Positions 1 through 11,063 of a stretch of 28,619 bases of DNA are shown piece by piece. The stretch spans positions 1 through 28,619 of the forward strand of contig CBDDTI010000322.1 of the NCBI GenBank assembly GCA_965233585.1, read 5' to 3'. Under the pieces are notes generated by a model. It searched no databases. It was not told the DNA's origin and worked only from the letters and a program-made list of their open reading frames with translations. The translations under genes were made by a program, and so were the position numbers. The DNA comes from a bacterium. Lineage in GTDB: Bacteria; SAR324; NAC60-12. Each line of letters begins with the position of its first letter. Within the stretch, counting starts at the first letter, position 1.

Positions 1-594
1 ATTTGAGAGCAAGCCTCGCACATATAAGTTTCAATGCAAGGAAATACGAGACGGATTGCAACAAGTCGATGGGAAGAACGCAAGAGTCTTCACAAAGAAG
101 GGAGACCCCTGCATTGATGGTATCCGCTGCATAAAGGATGGTGTCATGTATCACGCGCTTTCAGAAGGTGGCACGGCTGGCACGCACAAAGGCTTCGACA
201 TTTGGTTCAAGACCGAAGCAGATGAATTAGTCCTGAGCTCAGTTGGAAGGCTGAATGTGTTGCAAACAAACAGTATTCCGTCATTTCAGTCTTTGTTTGC
301 ATGTGTTTGTATGTTTTGTAACTTGGCAGGTGCTCTTGGATGTGACTGGAGCTACGAACGCAGAAACCTGCAAGAAAAAGGCTTCAAATTTTGCCCAGAA
401 TGTGAACGCAGTGAAGCACACGGTGCAGAACGCGGAATCGCCGGTAAAATCAGTAATTGGCGTTCTTCTTGCTCCAAATTGCAACAGTCCCATTGTGGAT
501 GCACGAGTAGCTCAAGTAGTGGCAGGAGGCAGCAAGAGACATGTTAGGCGGCTTGCAACAACTCCTAACTTGGCTTGGTGATGATGTCGACTAA
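1..594 (+). pseudogene. Host gene 3' remnant, two exons (to 229; 330-594), possibly a restriction-endonuclease-fold/CRN-like C-terminal domain
   Basis: Removing a GT..AG intron (230-329) joins GFDIWFKTEADEL to VLLDVTG. After a frameshift near 527 the frame reads ARDMLGGLQQLLTWLGDDVD-stop. The family call is weak inference. Confidence 0.3.
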
Positions 595-1584
595 GCACCT
601 TGAGGACAGGGTTGGAGTGGAGCGCTTCCCACCCCATTTTCCCATGAACTTCAAGAATTTTCCCACTGGGAAACTTCATTTTTCCCAAACTTCAACTTTC
701 CCCGAGTGCCGTATGGAAACTTGACTTTTCCTGCAGGAGCAGCGGGATGTTCTGACCAACCGTGCCGAATGCTTGATTGACCTCGTCACTGAATGACTTT
801 CTGACTGGGGCAAAAAAGCGGTGTGGTGCTCTGAAGTCAATGTTGCATAAGAAGTGTCCTGACAAAGCCGAAGACAGTGATGCCATGTTCACCCTTTTTG
901 ATTTGCCGGTGTTGCGTTGCCAAATGAACAGGGCATCAACACATTCAGAGACCTTCGTAGGATGGAAAAAGGGTGTTTGGCTTCGCTGTGGACAGTTTTT
1001 GAACCGATACATTGAGACAACCAGCACTTGACAAGGATGACAAACACAACCATACACAACGAGAACTCTTCATTTTATGTTTTTGGTCTCCCATTTTCAA
1101 AGCGCAACTCAATATCCCACAAGCCCATCTGAGGTCATGAAGTCATCATCGGCTCTGATTTCCAAAAGGATCCAAAAGGTGTGTTGCGAGAACTCTGAAG
1201 GGTAGAAGTGGAGAAGGATTGAGATAGAACTTTTAAGTTTGAAGTGGAGATGGGGGTTTCACACAAAGACCACATATACAATGTTATAGCTATTTTACAA
1301 TACGTAATTTCACACAACAATACATCTATTTACCTATACCATGATGATATACATGCATCCAGTCGCTTGCATTCACCCTGTCAGAAAACGTGCGGAGGAG
1401 CGGAGTGTTGACCTCCTCGGGGATTCAAAAAGGTTATGTGTTATTTGTTTGGAGGAAATTGGATTTTCTCTTGTCTTGGTTTTACATAGATACAAAAGTT
1501 AGTTTTTTGGGCGGGGAACGAAGGGGTTGTGATAGAAAGCACACCGTCCATCTTAAAATATAAGGTCACACATGATTATCCACT

Positions 1585-1790
1585 ATGAATAGCATACAAG
1601 ACGACTGGGATGCTAAAGGCTCAAGTCTGATGAGGACAAAACGACAATTTATGACGACTTGACAACAAAAAACATTTTTCAACAAGTGTCCTGAGACCAT
1701 TTTTTTTTAATCTCAAATACGCTACATTCAGGACACGTGTTATTTTAAGCCAAAACGACTACCCGAAGCAAAAAGCAAAGACGCTTAAAG
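1585..1790 (+). pseudogene. Probable degraded first viral ORF
   Basis: ATG at 1585 lies 33 nt after a CTTAAAA motif (1552), the spacing seen at other terminal genes. Reads MNSIQDDWDAK, then a shifted frame SDEDKTTIYDDLTTKNIFQQ. Confidence 0.3.
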
Positions 1791-1818
1791 AAATGTCGCC
1801 TTATATAAAAAGTAAATT

Positions 1819-2148
1819 ATGCCCGGCTATATGGTAATTGATGGAAAGAAGCAAAAAATGGACGAAGACGTCTTTGACCAAATGGTTGAAGCACTCCACC
1901 AATCCAACAACCCCCACAACCCACCAGCCCAAGCAACCACACGATGGAAACCTGACGGAAATTATGACAAGAAACCATTAGACCCAGACTATTTTTCAAA
2001 ATGCTATCAGAAGAAACTATCAAAACCCTTCCAATGCCCAGACTGCGGACAGGTAATCAGTAGTAAATCCAATCTTTCAAAACACCGTCAAACCAAAAGA
2101 TGTATGAGCAAACAAACCCACTGTTTAAATCCGAAACCTTCTCAATAA
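1819..2148 (+). CDS. Small C2H2-type zinc-finger protein
   Basis: FQCPDCGQVISSKSNLSKHRQTKRC; CTTAAAGAAA motif 35 nt upstream; hairpin at the stop codon. Confidence 0.75.
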   Translation: MPGYMVIDGKKQKMDEDVFDQMVEALHQSNNPHNPPAQATTRWKPDGNYDKKPLDPDYFSKCYQKKLSKPFQCPDCGQVISSKSNLSKHRQTKRCMSKQTHCLNPKPSQ

Positions 2149-2175
2149 CAACGATTCTGTTTATTGAGAACGTTT
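2134..2175. terminator. Hairpin between convergent genes
   Basis: TTCTCAATAA (2139-2148) pairs perfectly with TTATTGAGAA (2161-2170); extendable with one mismatch. Confidence 0.6.
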
Positions 2176-2652
2176 TATTCACTATTCATTTTTGTCTGTT
2201 TGACACAGTTTTTTGACCCTTGATGTATTGGAACATAGTATTGAGACATTACATGCTTACAAAAAGGACATTCCATTTTTTCAAGGTGTTTCTCTAATAT
2301 CTTTTCTTTATTTTTGTAGTAGTATTCCCGCGCCACCTCCTTTCTCTCTTCTTCCATCCTATGTGGAATGACATTATTGACACAATCAATGCTTTTGATG
2401 TAGTGCCCTTCTCGTCTCAATAGTTCTTCCTTACAATTGCAGGGATAGTTTTCAATCAACTCAATCTTACAATCTTCAATACCAAACTCATCAAATATTT
2501 CAATCGCTGACACATTCTTATTTGTTTTTCCTGTTTTGTAAGAACTGTATTTTGCTCTATGCCTCTCAATTCTTTTACTCAAACTTTCGCAAGTGCTCCC
2601 TACATAGGCTTTGTTGTGTCCAGTGTTATTTTCTAAATCTTTCCGTTTTCAT
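2175..2652 (-). pseudogene. GIY-YIG endonuclease with C-terminal zinc-finger-like motif, 5' end disrupted
   Basis: Upstream of the tracked ORF the minus strand reads YENGKI*KIT, then after a frameshift GHNKAYVGSTCESLSKR (GIY-YIG signature). Also IELIENYPC, ELLRREGHYI and CPFC. Confidence 0.85.
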
Positions 2653-2831
2653 ACCTATATTTACACCTATATTTACCATAAGTTGCCATTTCTTTAAACC
2701 ATTTTTCCCAAATTCAATTCTGGTGTTCTCACGTTGGACTTCAACCCAGAACCCAATGACCCAAAAAGTGAACGAGAACCCACAATTGCTTAAAAAAATA
2801 ACTATATATTACTTCATATTTTAAGGAGAAA

Positions 2832-5800
2832 ATGGCAGAGGATACAAGGTTGAAACATTCAACAGAAAATTTTTATTTTGAAAATCAATCTGACAACCAA
2901 TCCAATCAACCGCAACATCCTCAACAAACAATGGAAACTGAAAAACTACTTAAAGAAACAGAAGATTATAATGATATAGATTATACTATAATGGACACTT
3001 CACAGCAGATTGTTTTAGATTATCTTTTATCATCCGAACAGGGTGAGATATTGAAACGGAATGGACAGGAACTCAAGAAACTCAAGATTGGAGACAAGAC
3101 CTGCAACTTTGAAAGGGGCAAACCCATATCAAAGAGGTTAATAACAAAATTCAACAAGATTAAGCAGACTATGGACTACAAAAAGTATGAACTGAAGGAA
3201 AAGAAAGGCATTAGGTGGGTCAATCTTGACAAGAACAAAGCACTCACAGGTATTCAAATGAGATACAAAGCAACCACCACCAACGAACAGTCTGCTTTCA
3301 AAGGTTATGCCAATTCATATGCCATCACAAACATCAGGGTAAGAGGCATCAAAGCACTACAATATCTAAAATACCAAGGTTTGAGGTTAAAAGAGTATTT
3401 GAGGAAACATAATGGAATGAAGGTTATGCTATAAGTCTTCGCCACTTTGAAGAGCAAAAAGACCAACGAAGATGTAAGACAAGTCATCAAGAGTAGAAGA
3501 TACAACATCACCAACGAAGGTGAAATACCTAACGTATTGAGCCAGATGGCAAGTGATGTAGAGCACCAAGCGGAGGTGATGGAAGTGTCGGAGAGTGGAT
3601 TAGTCATAACCCAGATTGACAAAATAAAGTTTAACTATGACAAATACAATCCAACTCGTGGGGGTAAGTTCATTCCATTACCTAAATGGGTTTCAAACAA
3701 AAAAGCGTGTATCAACATCAAAAATCAAGATGAACTATGTTTCAAGTATTCCGTTCAATGCGGTATATGAAAGGTTTATGAAAAAGACCATCCCGAAAGA
3801 GTTTCTCACTACAAAAATCTCAATGATGAGTTGAAGTGGGATAATGTCAATTTTCCGTCATCAGATGTTGATATAGATACATTTGAAGAAAACAATGGAG
3901 GGAAAGTAGCAGTCAATGTTTATTTTATTGACCCCGAAGAAGGGAAACAATACATCCTACTTTACAGACAGACCAAGGTTCAAAGAGCAACTCATCAAAT
4001 CAGTCTTCTGAAACTGGAGGATGGGGATGATTACCATTATGTATTCATCAAAGATTATGACAAGTTGATAGGATGCCAAACCAACAAACACAAAGCAAAA
4101 GTTTATCATTGTTTTCACTGCCGACACGGTTTTCAATCACAGGAACTTTTAGATGAACACAATGAAAAGGGATGTATGGCAGTTGAAGGGCAACAGATAG
4201 AAATGCCTAATGAAGACGACATTATGGTTTTCAAGAACCACTATAAAAAGTTGAAAGCACCTTTTGTCATCTATGCTGACTTTGAATGTTTAACCACAAG
4301 GACGGGGACAGTTTCAACTAAAGAAGTTAAGACTGATAAATACCAACATCACAGACCCTGCGGTTTTATGATAAATGTTGTCAATTCAATTGATGGTTCA
4401 TCAAAGCCTTTCCTTCACAGAGGGGAGGATTGTATGGATGTTTTTATCCAAAAGATTATTGAAGTCAAAAATGAGATAATGGAAAAAATGAAGGAAAACA
4501 AGGAAATCATTATGAGGGCAGATGACTGGAGGGACTTTAAAACCGCAAAGAAATGCTTTATATGTGGTAAAGACTTCAAAGAAGGTGATAAGGTTAGAGA
4601 CCATTGTCATTTTACAGGTAAGTATAGGGGTTGTGCCCACGATGATTGTAATTTACAGTTTTCAATGAGATATTATAAAATCCCCGTTTTCCTTCATAAC
4701 CTCAAGAACTATGACAGTCATTTAATCATTGAGAGGGCAAATAAACTATCAGAAAGGGGTAAGATAGATGTAATAGCACAGAATAGTGAGAAGTTCATAA
4801 CATTCGCATTTAAAATCTTTGTTTCAAAGACAGTTTTTCTTTCATAAGTTGGTGAAGTTGAGTAAGTATGAAGACGGAGAGAAGAAACAAAACTGGCAAA
4901 ACAACTTCAAATTTAGCAAAAGAAACCCTTATGTGAGTAATGATGAGGATTTAGATTTACTAACTGATAAAGGTGTTTATCCTTATGATTACTTCACTTC
5001 ATTTGACAAATTTAGGGAAAAACAACTACCACCAAAAGAAAGTTTTTACAGCAATCTTACCGAAAGTCATATTGAAGATGATGAGTATGAAAGGGCACAA
5101 AGGATATGGGAACACTTCGGTATAAGAAATCTTGGTCAATACCACGACTTGTATTTGAGAACCGATGTTCTTTTACTCACTGATGTCTTTGAAAATTTTA
5201 GAGACCTTTGTTTGGAATACTACGGTTTAGACCCAGCACATTATTTCACCCTTCCTAACTTTGCTTGGGACGCTATGCTTCTAAAAACTGGTGTTGAAAT
5301 AGACCCTTTAACTGACCAAGAGATGTATGAGATGATTGAGAAGGGTTTGAGAGGTGGTATGTGTCAAGTAAGTCATAAGGAAGCAAAAGCAAATAATAAG
5401 TATATGATGGACGACTGATAAAAACAGACCATCTAATTATATCAATTATTTAGATGCTAATAACCTCTATGGACTGGCAATGTCAATGAAACTGCCCATA
5501 GGAAAACTGAAGTGGATAAAGAAGATACTGACAGAAAAGATGATAATGGACTGGAATGAAAACGATGACAATGCCTACATACTGGAAGTTGATTTAGAGT
5601 ATCCAAAGGAGATACAGGACGAACAAGCGGATTACCTATTAGCACCTGAAAATATGAAGGTTGAAGAGAAACTACGTTCAAAGCACCAAAGGGAACTACA
5701 TAGAAATTACTATAATGGCAAGGAGGCACGGGATGAGAAACAACCAAAACTTATCCTAAACCAAATGGATAAAACCAACTATGTAGTCCATATCAAGGCA

Positions 5801-6724
5801 TTACAGTTTTACCTTCAAAAGGGTATGAAAATCAAACAAGTTCATCGTGGGGTGAAGTTCAAACAGAGATGTTGGTTGAAACCTTGGATAGATTTTAACA
5901 CTGAAAAAAGAAAAGTAGCGAAGAGCGACTTTGAGAAGGATATGTTCAAATTGATGAACAACGCCGTTTATGGCAAAACGATGGAGAATGTCAGAAACCA
6001 CATTGACTTTGAATTAGTATCAACGCAGGAGAGGATACAAAAATGTATCAACAATCCTAACTACAAAGGATGTCATATTATAAATGAAGAACTGGCAGGA
6101 GTGGAAAAAACAAAAACTGTATTGAAGTTGGATAAACCTATCTATTTGGGAATGTTAATTTTAGACCTTTCAAAGGTTCATATGTATTCTTTCTACTATG
6201 ATGTCTTAAAAGCAAGGTATAAGGATGATGTAAGACTGATATATACTGACACCGACAGTTATGTTATACAAACTTTCACCGAAGACATCTATGAAGATTG
6301 GAAAGGAATAAAGGATTATATGGACTTCAGCGGTTATGATAAGAACCACCCTTGCTATGATGCCACTAATAAAAAAGTCCTTGGCAAGTTCAAGGACGAG
6401 ATGGATGGAAAAATCATCACAAACTTCATTGCTTTACGTCCTAAAATGTATTGTCTAAAAGTCTTCAACGAACAGAAAGCAGAAAAGAAAGCAAAGGGTG
6501 TTCCAAAACTGAAAGTCAAAAGGGATTTAGATATGAAAGACTATGAGGCAACACTCCACGAACACATACCAAAGAATGTAAATTTCAATGCCATCAGAAG
6601 TAAGAACCACCAAATCTACAGTATAAACCAAAGCAAGGTCGGTTTAACATCTTATGACAACAAAAGGTATTGGTTCAACGATACTGACAGTCTGCCCTAT
6701 GGGCACTACTCATTATCCAATTAA
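2832..6724 (+). pseudogene. polB: Protein-primed family B DNA polymerase (pPolB), ~1300 codons, fragmented
   Basis: ExoI ADFEC, ExoII HNLKNYD, KGVYPYDY, ExoIII YLRTDV, motif A YLDANNLYG, motif B KLMNNAVYGK, motif C YTDTDS. In-frame stops at 3432 and 3768; frameshifts at ~4813, ~4845 and ~5416. Confidence 0.95.
4554..4652 (+). other. Endonuclease VII-like (His-Me finger) domain within the pPolB exonuclease region
   Basis: CFICGKDFKEGDKVRDHCHFTGKYRGCAHDDCN fits the CxxC...DHCH...RG...CN pattern. Confidence 0.85.
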
Positions 6725-6754
6725 TAATATTATTTAACAATAATATTATCAATT
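6719..6754. terminator. AT-rich hairpin between convergent polB and small ORF
   Basis: AATTAATAATATTATT-taac-AATAATATTATCAATT: 16-bp stem with one mismatch. Confidence 0.65.
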
Positions 6755-6756
6755 GT

Positions 6757-6963
6757 TCATATCAAACTCCAGTTACAGAGTTGTAGTTTCGGTAGTTGAT
6801 ATATCAGTTTGTTTTGTTTCTCCTTTTCCAGTTTCTCCACTCTTCCCACCAACTCTTTTACGCTCTTGATGAGTAAAACATCTGTTCGGGTCTTTTCGTC
6901 TTCGTCTATCTTTTTGATTTGTTCAAGGTAGTCGTTTTCAACACTGCTGTTTGAATTGCCCAT
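6757..6963 (-). CDS. Small coiled-coil protein with N-myristoylation consensus
   Basis: Starts MGNSNSS (MGxxxS); SVKELVGRVEKLEKE is heptad-like; TCTA 16 nt upstream. Confidence 0.6.
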   Translation of the reverse strand: MGNSNSSVENDYLEQIKKIDEDEKTRTDVLLIKSVKELVGRVEKLEKEKQNKLIYQLPKLQLCNWSLI

Positions 6964-6986
6964 TGTGTATATATGATTTTAGATTT

Positions 6987-9254
6987 TTAATTCTTTGATT
7001 TGGATTTCGCCTTTGCTTTAGGCTTGACAAAATCTTTGATGAAGTTTTCAACTTCAAATAAGCGGGTTTCTAAATGCTCAACTTTGTTTTTCAAGTCTTC
7101 ATTTTCTTTGATTATTTCTCTGACTGCTCCCCAAGTGATACTTCCCATTTTAATATAACTTAATTTCTTAATACCATCAACTTCAACAAGTATATTTTCA
7201 ACTTTTTCTGGTATATTTTCTTCTACCTCCTCTGCTATAAAACCTATATGACTTTTAGTTATTCCCATTTCTTTTTCTTCTTTCATTTTGAAAGTATGAG
7301 GTTTAATGCTATTTACTATTTTTGTAAAATTGAAATTTGCTTCTTCAATATCATATTTCTTATCTTTTTGTGATGTATCTACAAGGTCTCCCTCTAATGT
7401 ATAAGGTGCTGGAACAGAAACTTTTGATGGTGTAATAAAAAGTCTTATACTGCTATTAGCATAAAATCTTATGTCCCCGTTAGGGTCTTCATTGATTAAC
7501 TTGAAATGATTAACACCTGCGGTATTTTCATTAACTATATAACTATTCTTGCTTGTTTCTTTATGAAAATATGCCTTTTTGTCTTGATTGACATATACGT
7601 CTTTTGAAAAATTAACATCTTCAGTTGCTTTTCTGTATCTCATATATTCTACTAAACCGTCATCTGTTGTATTACTACCTTGAAAAACCATATCAGCACC
7701 ATAATTTCTATTGTAAAAATAATCTCCATAAATATATTGAGATGACAACGCCCTACCTGTTGAAACATTAATAATACTGTTAGCACCATCTAATGTAAAG
7801 AAATTTACACCACCTCTTTTAAAGACTACATCGGTAGGTGTGGCACTATCAATTACATCAAATTTAGCACTTTCAGCAAGTAATGATAAACCCGTATTTA
7901 CTTCTACATTACCGTTTCTAAAATACATAAAGTCTATTGTGTTCCTTCTAAATTTAACATCAGCATTACCTATACTATCATAAGTGTTTGCTTTAGCACC
8001 TTTTGTTAGTTCCACTGCTTGTAGCGTTCCTTCAAACTTCATATATGCAACATCGCCTCTTTTGAAGACTAAATCAACATCAGTAGCGTTTTTTGTATTG
8101 ATGACATCGGTTTGTAATTCAGTATGGCACACGACATCAACATTAAAATATGCCTGTGTTAATGACAATTGAAATTTTAAGTGTTGAGGAAACGGACGAC
8201 CACCAACATAAAACCGATGTACTCCACCAGAAGCAAAAATACAATAATCATAATCAGGATTACCACTTCCTATATTGATAGAACGGATATAACCTTTACC
8301 AGTTCCTAAAACAATTGAACCTCCTAATGGAAATTCTATGGTTGAATTATAATAAGCAGAACCATTAACCGTTAAGTCAAAACTTCCAAATTGAACACCG
8401 CCACATAAAACTAAATCGCCTTCTATTGTTTGTAATGTTTCACCTGTATATTTTACTAAATTAGTGTCATCAACACCACCACCTCCAATAGCGGGTGATG
8501 TTGTTTTATGAAATGTGATTAAATCATTTGCTAATGTCATAACTAAATTAGAAGCAGTAGCGGGGTCGCCTACATAAAAGTCAATTTGACCTGTCTGTTC
8601 TTTCATTACAAAATTCAAAAAGTTTCCAGCGTTTAAAGTTTCATTTATATAACTGTCGGTATGTTGAAAAAGTAATTTACTATTCAATGGTATATCTAAA
8701 CTTGATGCTAATGCCAATGGTTTTCCTAAAACTAAACCACCGTTAGTATCGTAATCATAATCATATTCCAAATAAATAGCATTGTTATGTTTAAACAATA
8801 TGTTAGACAGACTGTTTTTACTATCAAAGTCATTGCTCTTCAAAACGCCTGTTATTTCGGGATTGCTGACATTCAATTTATTGTTTAATAAACCATCGGT
8901 TTCAGTCTGTGTATAGTAAGGGGTAAATAAACCGTCGGTTTCAACTCTTGTATAGTAAGGGGTGAATAAACCATCGGTTTCAACTTTTGTATAGTAAGGG
9001 GTGAATAAACCATCGGTCTCAACTTTTGTGTAATAACTTGTGAATAAACCATCAACTTCACCACTATCATAATAAGGGGTGAAAAGATTGTTTGTTTCCG
9101 CTTTTGTATAGTAATTGGTTAAATCAACACTACCACCTCCTCCACCACCACTTCCTGCGATGTCAAGGATGTTCCTTAACTGTCCGTTATTTGGGTCTAT
9201 TGTTCTAAACTCGTATGCCTCCACGCTCCTATTTATATTATAATAATTTGCCAT
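6987..9254 (-). CDS. Putative virion fibre with C-terminal peptidase S74-like intramolecular chaperone (755 aa)
   Basis: Gly linkers, 13-aa tandem repeats and a beta-rich repetitive middle. C-terminus has SQKDKKYDI...HIGFIAEEVEE...LSY followed by a coiled coil. Open frame. Confidence 0.75.
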   Translation of the reverse strand: MANYYNINRSVEAYEFRTIDPNNGQLRNILDIAGSGGGGGGSVDLTNYYTKAETNNLFTPYYDSGEVDGLFTSYYTKVETDGLFTPYYTKVETDGLFTPYYTRVETDGLFTPYYTQTETDGLLNNKLNVSNPEITGVLKSNDFDSKNSLSNILFKHNNAIYLEYDYDYDTNGGLVLGKPLALASSLDIPLNSKLLFQHTDSYINETLNAGNFLNFVMKEQTGQIDFYVGDPATASNLVMTLANDLITFHKTTSPAIGGGGVDDTNLVKYTGETLQTIEGDLVLCGGVQFGSFDLTVNGSAYYNSTIEFPLGGSIVLGTGKGYIRSINIGSGNPDYDYCIFASGGVHRFYVGGRPFPQHLKFQLSLTQAYFNVDVVCHTELQTDVINTKNATDVDLVFKRGDVAYMKFEGTLQAVELTKGAKANTYDSIGNADVKFRRNTIDFMYFRNGNVEVNTGLSLLAESAKFDVIDSATPTDVVFKRGGVNFFTLDGANSIINVSTGRALSSQYIYGDYFYNRNYGADMVFQGSNTTDDGLVEYMRYRKATEDVNFSKDVYVNQDKKAYFHKETSKNSYIVNENTAGVNHFKLINEDPNGDIRFYANSSIRLFITPSKVSVPAPYTLEGDLVDTSQKDKKYDIEEANFNFTKIVNSIKPHTFKMKEEKEMGITKSHIGFIAEEVEENIPEKVENILVEVDGIKKLSYIKMGSITWGAVREIIKENEDLKNKVEHLETRLFEVENFIKDFVKPKAKAKSKSKN
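8880..9113 (-). repeat. Six 39-bp coding tandem repeats (YYTKVETDGLFTP-like)
   Basis: Visible in both DNA and translation. Confidence 0.9.
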
Positions 9255-9286
9255 ATATTATTAGATGATAAAATAATTTTGTAGCA

Positions 9287-10035
9287 TCATTCCACTTGAA
9301 TTCTTTGATTGAGGTTTTTGTAAAACATTTTCTTCTTGTCGCTTTCCATCAAATCTATGTATAAAAAACCGTGCCTGTCATTCGTGGCAACTCGGTATAT
9401 CTTGTCTAAAGTTTTCTTGTCATACAACCCGCTCAATTCTTCCAAAATGGCATCTAAATCTTTTTGATTACGAAGCCTGAAGATGAAAAGTTGGGTGGCA
9501 TTCTTCCTAACGACTGGCGATATTTGTGTGTAGGATTGTGATGTGATAAAAGTTGAGATATACCAATGCCTACCTTTGGTGAAGAGTTTGATTAACTCCT
9601 TGTTCTTCCTGACAACCTTTTCGTTGTCAGCCCAGTCGTCTATGATGATACAGATGTTGTATAGGTGTTTGTAATCCTTCTCCTTCATATACTTTATTAT
9701 TCCTTCCTGCGTGTCTATCACGTTCTTCAAGTCCTTCTCCTCAAAGGTGTCAAAGTAAATGGGGTCTTCATCCGTGTGTTTGATGTCCATTTCTTTGTCA
9801 ATGTATTTTTTCACAACCGTCCAGTTGTCATCAATGAAGATGGTTGGCGAAAAAATGTAGATTTTCTCAAAGCAACCCTTGTAGATGTCCAACACCAAGT
9901 TTGTCAAAGCAACCGTTTTACCCGTTCCCGACGGAGCGTTCAGTAAAATCCTTGCTGGAAGACAAACCATATACCCGTAGGATGACTGCTTACAATTATA
10001 TATTCTTTATGTTTGTAAGGCTTTATATTTATCAT
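9287..10035 (-). pseudogene. A32-like (FtsK/HerA superfamily) genome-packaging ATPase with 5' frameshift
   Basis: Walker A APSGTGKT, Walker B IIIDD, KGRH, TSQ. Likely ATG at 10035 (TCTA 12 nt upstream) gives MINIKPYKHKEY; an extra AT near 9997-10003 shifts it off NCKQSSYGYMVCLP. Confidence 0.88.
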
Positions 10036-10352
10036 ATTAAAAGTATTTAGAAATAAATTTCTGATATAAAATATTCAAAAGGAAACCTTTTTTACCTTGA
10101 AAGGGCGTCGGGTGAAAATGGGACAGTTGCTTTTCAGTCCGCATAAGACGTTAATTAGTTTTGAACTCTGCGTCCCTTTGACTGACAAAACGAAGCAATA
10201 GAAGATGAATTCGTTTGTGCTTTGCTTTTGATTACACCCCGACATTTTCGTTCTACCCACCCCAGTAGAAATCTTCGTGTCGCAAAAGAAAAGTCCTGTA
10301 TAGTATAATTAGAATGTATGTTGATGATATTTTCTAATTACATATAATCAGG

Positions 10353-10493
10353 ATGAACGAGTATGAAACCTACATTGATACAATAGGTGAGATTGAAAAT
10401 AGGATTGTTGATGACACGAAGTATCCAGTCATCACCGACAACAGGGTGAAAAGATGTTGTAAGCACACATTGGAACTAATTAAAATTGTTTAA
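10353..10493 (+). CDS. 46-aa ORF not in the ORF track (MNEYETYIDTIGEIENRIVDDTKYPVITDNRVKRCCKHTLELIKIV)
   Basis: ATG 16 nt after an AT-flanked TCTA (10333-10336); fills the gap before the next gene. Confidence 0.5.
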   Translation: MNEYETYIDTIGEIENRIVDDTKYPVITDNRVKRCCKHTLELIKIV

Positions 10494-10515
10494 AATTTTC
10501 TCAAATATAAAATAG

Positions 10516-10947
10516 ATGCCGAAAAAGAAAACTAACACAATCAAAAAACAACCAATCCCCGAGGATTTTGAACTTTCAGATGAAGAACCCGCTGTTGTCA
10601 ATCTGAACGAGGAACAAAAACTGTCAAGTAAATTCATTACCTTTGATTGTCCCATTTGTAGGGGTAAATTACAATTGAGAAACGAAATTCTTATCAACCC
10701 GAAGGGCATAAAGTGTTCTTGTAATCCTTGCTCCTTCAAAATTACCAAAAACGACAAAACGATGAATGTAAGTAGAGATGACAACGGGGATATAAAGTTG
10801 GACAGCGAAGACCACAGTATCTCGTTCAGTTGGAACAGACAAATCACACCCGAAGATAAGAAAGTAGAGAGCACGAAAAAGATGATAAGCGATGTAATGA
10901 GCACTCCAAGAAGTAGCGGTAGAAAGTCAATGAATGATATGGATTAA
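10516..10947 (+). CDS. Hypothetical zinc-ribbon protein
   Basis: CPIC...CSCNPC; basic N-terminus; TCTC variant upstream. Confidence 0.65.
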   Translation: MPKKKTNTIKKQPIPEDFELSDEEPAVVNLNEEQKLSSKFITFDCPICRGKLQLRNEILINPKGIKCSCNPCSFKITKNDKTMNVSRDDNGDIKLDSEDHSISFSWNRQITPEDKKVESTKKMISDVMSTPRSSGRKSMNDMD

Positions 10948-11063
10948 AAAGTTTCTCACAAAATGGTGAAAAGAGTAGATTTTGCGTGAAAGCAAATTGA
11001 TAAATAAATATCTAAATAAATATATATCTAAATAAATAATTATATATATAAATATATAATAGT

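Noticed and set aside
692..1320. Short ORFs in the left flank
   Set aside because: No recognisable motifs or consistent exon structure.
1605..1615. GGGATGCTA matching TAGCATCCC at 22195-22203 as a TIR
   Set aside because: Only 9 bp, does not extend, and lies within a probable ORF remnant.
8880..9113. 39-bp repeats as CRISPR or a diversity-generating template
   Set aside because: In-frame coding repeats without spacers; no reverse transcriptase in the window.
10060..10315. Possible gene between the ATPase and the 46-aa ORF
   Set aside because: A minus-strand TCTA (10310-10313) exists but no ATG-led convincing frame; may be a decayed gene, not supportable.
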